Origin: Auanema rhodensis
Taxonomy: Eukaryota > Animalia > Nematoda
Reading direction: 5' to 3'
DNA length: 64,000 nt
Assembly: GCA_964057225.1 (NCBI GenBank)
Contig: OZ059898.1
Location: 1,922,001-1,986,000, forward strand
The notes under the pieces were generated by a model. It made no database searches. It was not told where the DNA came from and worked only from the letters and a program-made list of their open reading frames with translations. Of this stretch, positions 24,581 to 36,700 are shown piece by piece (position 1 is the stretch's first letter; every line of letters begins with the position of its first letter). A program made the translations under genes and the position numbers.

Positions 24581-27500
24581 ATGCGGATTTTTAAGCTGCG
24601 TCGATCTGTGTTATCAGATTTGCGCTAGCTTAAAAATGCACCGAGATATCAACTGGTATAAGTTCACACTTATATCCTCGATTTTCACCCTGAAGAATTA
24701 ATTTTTTCGTCGAATAACATTGTCCATCGTCTTTGCCTTGAAAAAAGGAATCTAAAAACATCTACTTTCTGCTAAATTATCTTGAAATTTTTCGAAAAAA
24801 TTTTTGTCAAAATGTTTTTGGAAGCAATGTTGAGTGTACATGGAAACTCAACATACACTAATGCATCATTTTTCAAACGATCATAACTAATTTTTGTATT
24901 AAGCGTTTCTCAATGTAGTATAGTGCATTCGATGCGGATTTTTAAGCTGCGTCGTTCTGTGTTATCAGATTTGCGCTAGCTTAAAAATGCACCGAGATAT
25001 CAACTGATATAAGTTCACACTTATATCCTCGATTTTCACCCTGAAGAATTAACTTTTTCGTTGAATAACATTGTCCATCGTCTTTGCCTTGAAAAAAGGA
25101 ATCTAAAAACATCTACTTTTTGCTAAATTATTCTGAAATTTTTCGAAAAAATTTTTGTCAAAATGTTTTTGGAAGCAATGTTGAGTGTACATGGAAACTC
25201 AACATACACTAATGCATCATTTTTCAAACGATCAAAACTAATTTTTGTATTAAACGTTTTTCAATGTAGTATAGTGCATTCGATGCGGATTTTTAAGCTG
25301 CGTCGATCTGTGTTATCAGATTTGCGCTAGCTTAAAAATGCACCGAGATATCAACTGATATAAGTTCACACTTATATCCTCGATTTTCACCCTGAAGAAT
25401 TAATTTTTTCGTTGAATAACATTGTCCATCGTCTTTGCCTTGAAAAAAGGAATCTAAAAACATCTACTTTTTGCTAAATTATTCTGAAATTTTTCGAAAA
25501 AATTTTTGTCAAAATGTTTTTGGAAGCAATGTTGAGTGTACATGGAAACTCAACATACACTAATGCATCATTTTTCAAACGATCAAAACTAATTTTTGTA
25601 TTAAACGTTTTTCAATGTAGTATAGTGCATTCGATGCGGATTTTTAAGCTGCGTCGATCTGTGTTATCAGATTTGCGCTAGCTTAAAAATGCACCGAGAT
25701 ATCAACTGGTATAAGTTCACACTTATATCCTCGATTTTCACCCTGAAGAATTAATTTTTTCGTCGAATAACATTGTCCATCGTCTTTGCCTTGAAAAAAG
25801 GAATCTAAAAACATCTACTTTCTGCTAAATTATCTTGAAATTTTTCGAAAAAATTTTTGTCAAAATGTTTTTGGAAGCAATGTTGAGTGTACATGGAAAC
25901 TCAACATACACTAATGCATCATTTTTCAAACGATCATGACTAATTTTTGTATTAAGCGTTTCTCAATGTAGTATAGTGCATTCGATGCGGATTTTTAAGC
26001 TGCGTCGTTCTGTGTTATCAGATTTGCGCTAGCTTAAAAATGCACCGAGATATCAACTGATATAAGTTCACACTTATATCCTCGATTTTCACCCTGAAGA
26101 ATTAATTTTTTCGTTGAATAACATTGTCCATCGTCTTTGCCTTGAAAAAAGGAATCTAAAAACATCTACTTTTTGCTAAATTATTCTGAAATTTTTCGAA
26201 AAAATTTTTGTCAAAATGTTTTTGGAAGCAATGTTGAGTGTACATGGAAACTCAACATACACTAATGCATCATTTTTCAAACGATCATAACTAATTTTTG
26301 TATTAAGCGTTTCTCAATGTAGTATAGTGCATTCGATGCGGATTTTTAAGCTGCGTCGTTCTGTGTTATCAGATTTGCGCTAGCTTAAAAATGCACCGAG
26401 ATATCAACTGATATAAGTTCACACTTATATCCTCGATTTTCACCCTGAAGAATTAATTTTTTCGTTGAATAACATTGTCCATCGTCTTTGCCTTGAAAAA
26501 AGGAATCTAAAAACATCTACTTTTTGCTAAATTATTTTGAAATTTTTCGAAAAAATTTTTGTCAAAATGTTTTTGGAAGCAATGTTGAGTGTACATGGAA
26601 ACTCAACATACACTAATGCATCATTTTTCAAACGGTCATAACTAATTTTTGTATTAAGCGTTTCTCAATGTAGTATAGTGCATTCGATGCGGATTTTTAA
26701 GCTGCGTCGATCTGTGTTATCAGATTTGCGCTAGCTTAAAAATGCACCGAGATATTAACTGATATAAGTTCACACTTATATCCTCGATTTTCACCCTGAA
26801 GAATTAATTTTTTCGTTGGATAACATTGTCCATCGTCTTTGCCTTGAAAAAAGGAATCTAAAAACATCTACTTTTTGCTAAATTATTTTGAAATTTTTCG
26901 AAAAAAATTTTTGTCAAAATGTTTTTGGAAGCAATGTTGAGTGTACATGGAAACTCAACATACACTAATGCATCATTTTTCAAACGATCATAACTAATTT
27001 TTGTATTAAGCGTTTCTCAATGTAGTATAGTGCATTCGATGCGGATTTTTAAGCTGCGTCGATCTGTGTTATCAGATTTGCGCTAGCTTAAAAATGCACC
27101 GAGATATCAACTGATATAAGTTCACACTTATATCCTCGATTTTCACCCTGAAGAATTAATTTTTTCGTTGAATAACATTGTCCATCGTCTTTGCCTTGAA
27201 AAAAGGAATCTAAAAACATCTACTTTTTGCTAAATTATTTTGAAATTTTTCGAAAACATTTTTGTCAAAATGTTTTTGGAAGCAATGTTGAGTGTACATG
27301 GAAACTCAACATACACTAATGCATCATTTTTCAAACGATCATAACTAATTTTTGTATTAAACGTTTTTCAATGTAGTATAGTGCATTCGATGCGGATTTT
27401 TAAGCTGCGTCGATCTGTGTTATCAGATTTGCGCTAGCTTAAAAATGCACCGAGATATCAACTGGTATAAGTTCACACTTATATCCTCGATTTTCACCCT

Positions 27501-28091
27501 GAAGAATTAATTTTTTCGTCGAATAACATTGTCCATCGTCTTTGCCTTGAAAAAAGGAATCTAAAAACATCTACTTTTTGCTAAATTATTCTGAAATTTT
27601 TCGAAAAAATTTTTGTCAAAATGTTTTTGGAAGCAATGTTGAGTGTACATGGAAACTCAACATACACTAATGCATCATTTTTCAAACGATCATAACTAAT
27701 TTTTGTATTAAGCGTTTCTCATAGTAGTATAGTGCATTCGATGCGGATTTTTAAGCTGCGTCGTTCTGTGTTATCAGATTTGCGCTAGCTTAAAAATGCA
27801 CCGAGATATCAACTGATATAAGTTCACACTTATATCCTCGATTTTCACCCTGAAGAATTAATTTTTTCGTTGAATAACATTGTCCATCGTCTTTGCCTTG
27901 AAAAAAGGAATCTAAAAACATCTACTTTTTGCTAAATTATTCTGAAATTTTTCGAAAAAATTTTTGTCAAAATGTTTTTGGAAGCAATGTTGAGTGTACA
28001 TGGAAACTCAACATACACTAATGCATCATTTTTCAAACGATCATAACTAAATTTTGTATTAAACGTTTTTTAATGTAGTATAGTGCATTCG

Positions 28092-31000
28092 ATGCGGATT
28101 TTTAAGATGCGTCGATCTGTGTTATCAGATTTGCGCTAGCTTAAAAATGCACCGAGATATCAACTGGTATAAGTTCACACTTATATCCTCGATTTTCACC
28201 CTGAAGAATTAATTTTTTCGTCGAATAACATTGTCCATCGTCTTTGCCTTAAAAAAAGGAGTCTAAAAACATCTACTTTTTGCTAAATTATCTTGAAATT
28301 TTTCGAAAAAATTTTTGTCAAAATGTTTTTGGAAGCAATGTTGAGTGTACATGGAAACTCAACATACACTAATGCATCATTTTTCAAACGATCATAACTA
28401 ATTTTTGTATTAAGCGTTTCTCAATGTAGTATAGTGCATTCGATGCGGATTTTTAAGCTGCGTCGATCTGTGTTATCAGATTTGCGCTAGCTTAAAAATG
28501 CACCGAGATATCAACTGATATAAGTTCACACTTATATCCTCGATTTTCACCCTGAAGAATTAATTTTTTCGTTGAATAACATTGTCCATCGTCTTTGCCT
28601 TGAAAAAAGGAATCTAAAAACATCTACTTTTTGCTAAATTATTTTGAAATTTTTCGAAAAAATTTTTGTCAAAATGTTTTTGGAAGCAATGTTGAGTGTA
28701 CATGGAAACTCAACATACACTAATGCATCATTTTTCAAACGATCATAACTAATTTTTGTATTAAGCGTTTCTCAATGTAGTATAGTGCATTCGATGCGGA
28801 TTTTTAAGCTGCGTCGATCTGTGTTATCAGATTTGCGCTAGCTTAAAAATGCACCGAGATATCAACTGATATAAGTTCACACTTATATCCTCGATTTTCA
28901 CCCTGAAGAATTAATTTTTTCGTTGAATAACATTGTCCATCGTCTTTGCCTTGAAAAAAGGAATCTAAAAACATCTACTTTTTGCTAAATTATTTTGAAA
29001 TTTTTCGAAAACATTTTTGTCAAAATGTTTTTGGAAGCAATGTTGAGTGTACATGGAAACTCAACATACACTAATGCATCATTTTTCAAACGATCATAAC
29101 TAATTTTTGTATTAAACGTTTTTCAATGTAGTATAGTGCATTCGATGCGGATTTTTAAGCTGCGTCGATCTGTGTTATCAGATTTGCGCTAGCTTAAAAA
29201 TGCACCGAGATATCAACTGGTATAAGTTCACACTTATATCCTCGATTTTCACCCTGAAGAATTAATTTTTTCGTCGAATAACATTGTCCATCGTCTTTGC
29301 CTTGAAAAAAGGAATCTAAAAACATCTACTTTTTGCTAAATTATTTTGAAATTTTTCGAAAAAATTTTTGTCAAAATGTTTTTGGAAGCAATGTTGAGTG
29401 TACATGGAAACTCAACATACACTAATGCATCATTTTTCAAACGATCATAACTAATTTTTGTATTAAACGTTTTTCAATGTAGTATAGTGCGTTCGATGCG
29501 GATTTTTAAGATGCGTCGATCTGTGTTATCAGATTTGCGCTAGCTTAAAAATGCACCGAGATATCAACTGGTATAAGTTCACACTTATATCCTCGATTTT
29601 CACCCTGAAGAATTAATTTTTTCGTCGATTAACATTGTCCATCGTCTTTGCCTTGAAAAAAGGAGTCTAAAAACATCTACTTTTCGCTAAATTATCTTGA
29701 AATTTTTCGAAAAAATTTTTGTCAAAATGTTTTTGGAAGCAATGTTGAGTGTACATGGAAACTCAACATACACTAATGCATCATTTTTCAAACGATCATA
29801 ACTAATTTTTGTATTAAGCGTTTTTCAATGTAGTATAGTGCGTTCGATGCGGATTTTTAAGATGCGTCGTTCTGTGTTATCAGATTTGCGCTAGCTTAAA
29901 AATGCACCGAGATATCAACTGATATAAGTTCACACTTATATCCTCGATTTTCACCCTGAAGAATTAATATTTTCGTTGAATAACATTGTCCATCGTCTTT
30001 GCCTTGAAAAAAGGAATCTAAAAACATCTACTTTTTGCTAAATTATTCTGAAATTTTTCGAAAAAATTTTTGTCAAAATGTTTTTGGAAGCAATGTTGAG
30101 TGTACATGGAAACTCAACATACACTAATGCATCATTTTTCAAACGATCATAACTAATTTTTGTATTAAGCGTTTCTCATAGTAGTATAGTGCATTCGATG
30201 CGGATTTTTAAGCTGCGTCGTTCTGTGTTATCAGATTTGCGCTAGCTTAAAAATGCACCGAGATATCAACTGATATAAGTTCACACTTATATCCTCGATT
30301 TTCACCCTGAAGAATTAATTTTTTCGTTGAATAACATTGTCCATCGTCTTTGCCTTGAAAAAAGGAATCTAAAAACATCTACTTTTTGCTAAATTATTTT
30401 GAAATTTTTCGAAAAAATTTTTGTCAAAATGTTTTTGGAAGCAATGTTGAGTGTACATGGAAACTCAACATACACTAATGCATCATTTTTCAAACAATCA
30501 TAACTAATTTTTGTATTAAGCGTTTCTCAATGTAGTATAGTGCATTCGATGCGGATTTTTAAGCTGCGTCGATCTGTGTTATCAGATTTGCGCTAGCTTA
30601 AAAATGCACCGAGATATCAACTGATATAAGTTCACACTTATATCCTCGATTTTCACCCTGAAGAATTAATTTTTTCGTTGAATAACATTGTCCATCGTCT
30701 TTGCCTTGAAAAAAGGAATCTAAAAACATCTACTTTTTGCTAAATTATTTCGAAATTTTTCGAAAAAATTTTTGTCAAAATGTTTTTGGAAGCAATGTTG
30801 AGTGTACATGGAAACTCAACATACACTAATGCATCATTTTTCAAACGATCATAACTAATTTTTGTATTAAACGTTTTTTAATGTAGTATAGTGCATTCGA
30901 TGCGGATTTTTAAGATGCGTCGATCTGTGTTATCAGATTTGCGCTAGCTTAAAAATGCACCGAGATATCAACTGGTATAAGTTCACACTTATATCCTCGA

Positions 31001-32654
31001 TTTTCACCCTGAAGAATTAATTTTTTCGTCGAATAACATTGTCCATCGTCTTTGCCTTAAAAAAAGGAGTCTAAAAACATCTACTTTTTGCTAAATTATC
31101 TTGAAATTTTTCGAAAAAATTTTTGTCAAAATGTTTTTGGAAGCAATGTTGAGTGTACATGGAAACTCAACATACACTAATGCATCATTTTTCAAACGAT
31201 CATAACTAATTTTTGTATTAAGCGTTTCTCAATGTAGTATAGTGCATTCGATGCGGATTTTTAAGCTGCGTCGATCTGTGTTATCAGATTTGCGCTAGCT
31301 TAAAAATGCACCGAGATATCAACTGATATAAGTTCACACTTATATCCTCGATTTTCACCCTGAAGAATTAATTTTTTCGTTGAATAACATTGTCCATCGT
31401 CTTTGCCTTGAAAAAAGGAATCTAAAAACATCTACTTTTTGCTAAATTATTTTGAAATTTTTCGAAAAAATTTTTGTCAAAATGTTTTTGGAAGCAATGT
31501 TGAGTGTACATGGAAACTCAACATACACTAATGCATCATTTTTCAAACGATCATAACTAATTTTTGTATTAAGCGTTTCTCAATGTAGTATAGTGCATTC
31601 GATGCGGATTTTTAAGCTGCGTCGATCTGTGTTATCAGATTTGCGCTAGCTTAAAAATGCACCGAGATATCAACTGATATAAGTTCACACTTATATCCTC
31701 GATTTTCACCCTGAAGAATTAATTTTTTCGTTGAATAACATTGTCCATCGTCTTTGCCTTGAAAAAAGGAATCTAAAAACATCTACTTTTTGCTAAATTA
31801 TTTTGAAATTTTTCGAAAACATTTTTGTCAAAATGTTTTTGGAAGCAATGTTGAGTGTACATGGAAACTCAACATACACTAATGCATCATTTTTCAAACG
31901 ATCATAACTAATTTTTGTATTAAACGTTTTTCAATGTAGTATAGTGCATTCGATGCGGATTTTTAAGCTGCGTCGATCTGTGTTATCAGATTTGCGCTAG
32001 CTTAAAAATGCACCGAGATATCAACTGGTATAAGTTCACACTTATATCCTCGATTTTCACCCTGAAGAATTAATTTTTTCGTCGAATAACATTGTCCATC
32101 GTCTTTGCCTTGAAAAAAGGAATCTAAAAACATCTACTTTTTGCTAAATTATTTTGAAATTTTTCGAAAAAATTTTTGTCAAAATGTTTTTGGAAGCAAT
32201 GTTGAGTGTACATGGAAACTCAACATACACTAATGCATCATTTTTCAAACGATCATAACTAATTTTTGTATTAAACGTTTTTCAATGTAGTATAGTGCGT
32301 TCGATGCGGATTTTTAAGATGCGTCGATCTGTGTTATCAGATTTGCGCTAGCTTAAAAATGCACCGAGATATCAACTGGTATAAGTTCACACTTATATCC
32401 TCGATTTTCACCCTGAAGAATTAATTTTTTCGTCGATTAACATTGTCCATCGTCTTTGCCTTGAAAAAAGGAGTCTAAAAACATCTACTTTTCGCTAAAT
32501 TATCTTGAAATTTTTCGAAAAAATTTTTGTCAAAATGTTTTTGGAAGCAATGTTGAGTGTACATGGAAACTCAACATACACTAATGCATCATTTTTCAAA
32601 CGATCATAACTAATTTTTGTATTAAGCGTTTCTCAATGTAGTATAGTGCATTCG
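28092..32654 (+). repeat. 1404-bp (4-mer) periodicity with a nested 2808-bp (8-mer) duplication
   Basis: Monomers carrying AAGATG+CTGGT+GGAGTC+TATCTT start at 28092, 29496, 30900 and 32304 and alternate between two subtypes. 28092-~29800 matches 30900-~32610. Confidence 0.8.
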
Positions 32655-33707
32655 ATGCGGATTTTTAAGCTGCGTCGATCTGTGTTATCAGATTTGCGCT
32701 AGCTTAAAAATGCACCGAGATATCAACTGATATAAGTTCACACTTATATCCTCGATTTTCACCCTGAAGAATTAATTTTTTCGTTGAATAACATTGTCCA
32801 TCGTCTTTGCCTTGAAAAAAGGAATCTAAAAACATCTACTTTTTGCTAAATTATTTTGAAATTTTTCGAAAAAATTTTTGTCAAAATGTTTTTGGAAGCA
32901 ATGTTGAGTGTACATGGAAACTCAACATACACTAATGCATCATTTTTCAAACGATCATAACTAATTTTTGTATTAAGCGTTTCTCAATGTAGTATAGTGC
33001 ATTCGATGCGGATTTTTAAGCTGCGTCGATCTGTGTTATCAGATTTGCGCTAGCTTAAAAATGCACCGAGATATCAACTGATATAAGTTCACACTTATAT
33101 CCTCGATTTTCACCCTGAAGAATTAATTTTTTCGTTGAATAACATTGTCCATCGTCTTTGCCTTGAAAAAAGGAATCTAAAAACATCTACTTTTTGCTAA
33201 ATTATTTTGAAATTTTTCGAAAACATTTTTGTCAAAATGTTTTTGGAAGCAATGTTGAGTGTACATGGAAACTCAACATACACTAATGCATCATTTTTCA
33301 AACGATCATAACTAATTTTTGTATTAAACGTTTTTCAATGTAGTATAGTGCATTCGATGCGGATTTTTAAGCTGCGTCGATCTGTGTTATCAGATTTGCG
33401 CTAGCTTAAAAATGCACCGAGATATCAACTGGTATAAGTTCACACTTATATCCTCGATTTTCACCCTGAAGAATTAATTTTTTCGTCGAATAACATTGTC
33501 CATCGTCTTTGCCTTGAAAAAAGGAATCTAAAAACATCTACTTTCTGCTAAATTATCTTGAAATTTTTCGAAAAAATTTTTGTCAAAATGTTTTTGGACG
33601 CAATGTTGAGTGTACATGGAAACTCAACATACACTAATGCATCATTTTTCAAACGATCATAACTAGTTTTTGTTTTAAGCGTTTCTCAATGTAGTATAGT
33701 GCATTCG

Positions 33708-36700
33708 ATGCGGATTTTTAAGCTGCGTCGTTCTGTGTTATCAGATTTGCGCTAGCTTAAAAATGCACCGAGATATCAACTGATATAAGTTCACACTTAT
33801 ATCCTCGATTTTCCCCCTGAAGAATTAATTTTTTCGTTGAATAACATTGTCCATCGTCTTTGCCTTGAAAAAAGGAATCTAAAAACATCTACTTTTTGCT
33901 AAATTATTTTGAAATTTTTCGAAAAAATTTTTGTCAAAATGTTTTTGGAAGCAATGTTGAGTGTACATGGAAACTCAACATACACTAATGCATCATTTTT
34001 CAAACAATCATAACTAATTTTTGTATTAAGCGTTTCTCAATGTAGTATAGTGCATTCGATGCGGATTTTTAAGCTGCGTCGATCTGTGTTATCAGATTTG
34101 CGCTAGCTTAAAAATGCACCGAGATATCAACTGATATAAGTTCACACTTATATCCTCGATTTTCACCCTGAAGAATTAATTTTTTCGTTGAATAACATTG
34201 TCCATCGTCTTTGCCTTGAAAAAAGGAATCTAAAAACATCTACTTTTTGCTAAATTATTTTGAAATTTTTCGAAAAAATTTTTGTCAAAATGTTTTTGGA
34301 AGCAATGTTGAGTGTACATGGAAACTCAACATACACTAATGCATCATTTTTCAAACGATCATAACTAATTTTTGTATTAAACGTTTTTCAATGTAGTATA
34401 GTGCATTCGATGCGGATTTTTAAGCTGCGTCGATCTGTGTTATCAGATTTGCGCTAGCTTAAAAATGCACCGAGATATCAACTGATATAAGTTCACACTT
34501 ATATCCTCGATTTTCACCCTGAAGAATTAATTTTTTCGTTGAATAACATTGTCCATCGTCTTTGCTTTGCAAAAAGGAATCTAAAAACATCTACTTTTTG
34601 CTAAATTATTTTGAAATTTTTCGAAAAAATTTTTGTCAAAATGTTTTTGGAAGCAATGTTGAGTGTACATGGAAACTCAACATACACTAATGCATCATTT
34701 TTCAAACAATCATAACTAATTTTTGTATTAGGCGTTTCTCAATGTAGTATAGTGCATTCGATGCGGATTTTTAAGCTGCGTCGATCTGTGTTATCAGATT
34801 TGCGCTAGCTTAAAAATGCACCGAGATATCAACTGATATAAGTTCACACTTATATCCTCGATTTTCACCCTGAAGAATTAATTTTTTCGTTGAATAACAT
34901 TGTCCATCGTCTTTGCCTTGAAAAAAGGAATCTAAAAACATCTACTTTTTGCTAAATTATTTTGAAATTTTTCGAAAAAATTTTTGTCAAAATGTTTTTG
35001 GAAGCAATGTTGAGTGTACATGGAAACTCAACATACACTAATGCATCATTTTTCAAACGATCATAACTAATTTTTGTATTAAACGTTTTTCAATGTAGTA
35101 TAGTGCATTCGATGCGGATTTTTAAGCTGCGTCGATCTGTGTTATCAGATTTGCGCTAGCTTAAAAATGCACCGAGATATCAACTGATATAAGTTCACAC
35201 TTATATCCTCGATTTTCACCCTGAAGAATTAATTTTTTCGTTGAATAACATTGTCCATCGTCTTTGCTTTGAAAAAAGGAATCTAAAAACATCTACTTTT
35301 TGCTAAATTATTTTGAAATTTTTCGAAAAAATTTTTGTCAAAATGTTTTTGGAAGCAATGTTGAGTGTACATGGAAACTCAACATACACTAATGCATCAT
35401 TTTTCAAACAATCATAACTAATTTTTGTATTAAGCGTTTCTCAATGTAGTATAGTGCATTCGATGCGGATTTTTAAGCTGCGTCGATCTGTGTTATCAGA
35501 TTTGCGCTAGCTTAAAAATGCACCGAGATATCAACTGATATAAGTTCACACTTATATCCTCGATTTTCACCCTGAAGAATTAATTTTTTCGTTGAATAAC
35601 ATTGTCCATCGTCTTTGCCTTGAAAAAAGGAATCTAAAAACATCTACTTTTTGCTAAATTATTTTGAAATTTTTCGAAAAAATTTTTGTCAAAATGTTTT
35701 TGGAAGCAATGTTGAGTGTACATGGAAACTCAACATACACTAATGCATCATTTTTCAAACGATCATAACTAATTTTTGTATTAAGCGTTTTTCAATGTAG
35801 TATAGTGCATTCGATGCGGATTTTTAAGCTGCGTCGATCTGTGTTATCAGATTTGCGCTAGCTTAAAAATGCACCGAGATATCAACTGGTATAAGTTCAC
35901 ACTTATATCCTCGATTTTCACCCTGAAGAATTAATTTTTTCGTTGAATAACATTGTCCATCGTCTTTGCCTTGAAAAAAGGAATTTAAAAACATCTACTT
36001 TTTGCTAAATTATTTTGAAATTTTTCGAAAAAATTTTTGTCAAAATGTTTTTGGAAGCAATGTTGAGTGTACATGGAAACTCAACATACACTAATGCATC
36101 ATTTTTCAAACGATCATAACTAATTTTTGTATTAAGCGTTTTTCAATGTAGTATAGTGCATTCGATGCGGATTTTTAAGCTGCGTCGATCTGTGTTATCA
36201 GATTTGCGCTAGCTTAAAAATGCACCGAGATATCAACTGATATAAGTTCACACTTATATCCTCGATTTTCACCCTGAAGAATTAATTTTTTCGTTGAATA
36301 ACATTGTCCATCGTCTTTGCTTTGAAAAAAGGAATCTAAAAACATCTACTTTTTGCTAAATTATTTTGAAATTTTTCGAAAAAATTTTTGTCAAAATGTT
36401 TTTGGAAGCAATGTTGAGTGTACATGGAAACTCAACATACACTAATGCATCATTTTTCAAACAATCATAACTAATTTTTGTATCAAGCGTTTCTCAATGT
36501 AGTATAGTGCATTCGATGCGGATTTTTAAGCTGCGTCGATCTGTGTTATCAGATTTGCGCTAGCTTAAAAATGCACCGAGATATCAACTGATATAAGTTC
36601 ACACTTATATCCTCGATTTTCACCCTGAAGAATTAATTTTTTCGTTGAATAACATTGTCCATCGTCTTTGCCTTGAAAAAAGGAATTTAAAAACATCTAC

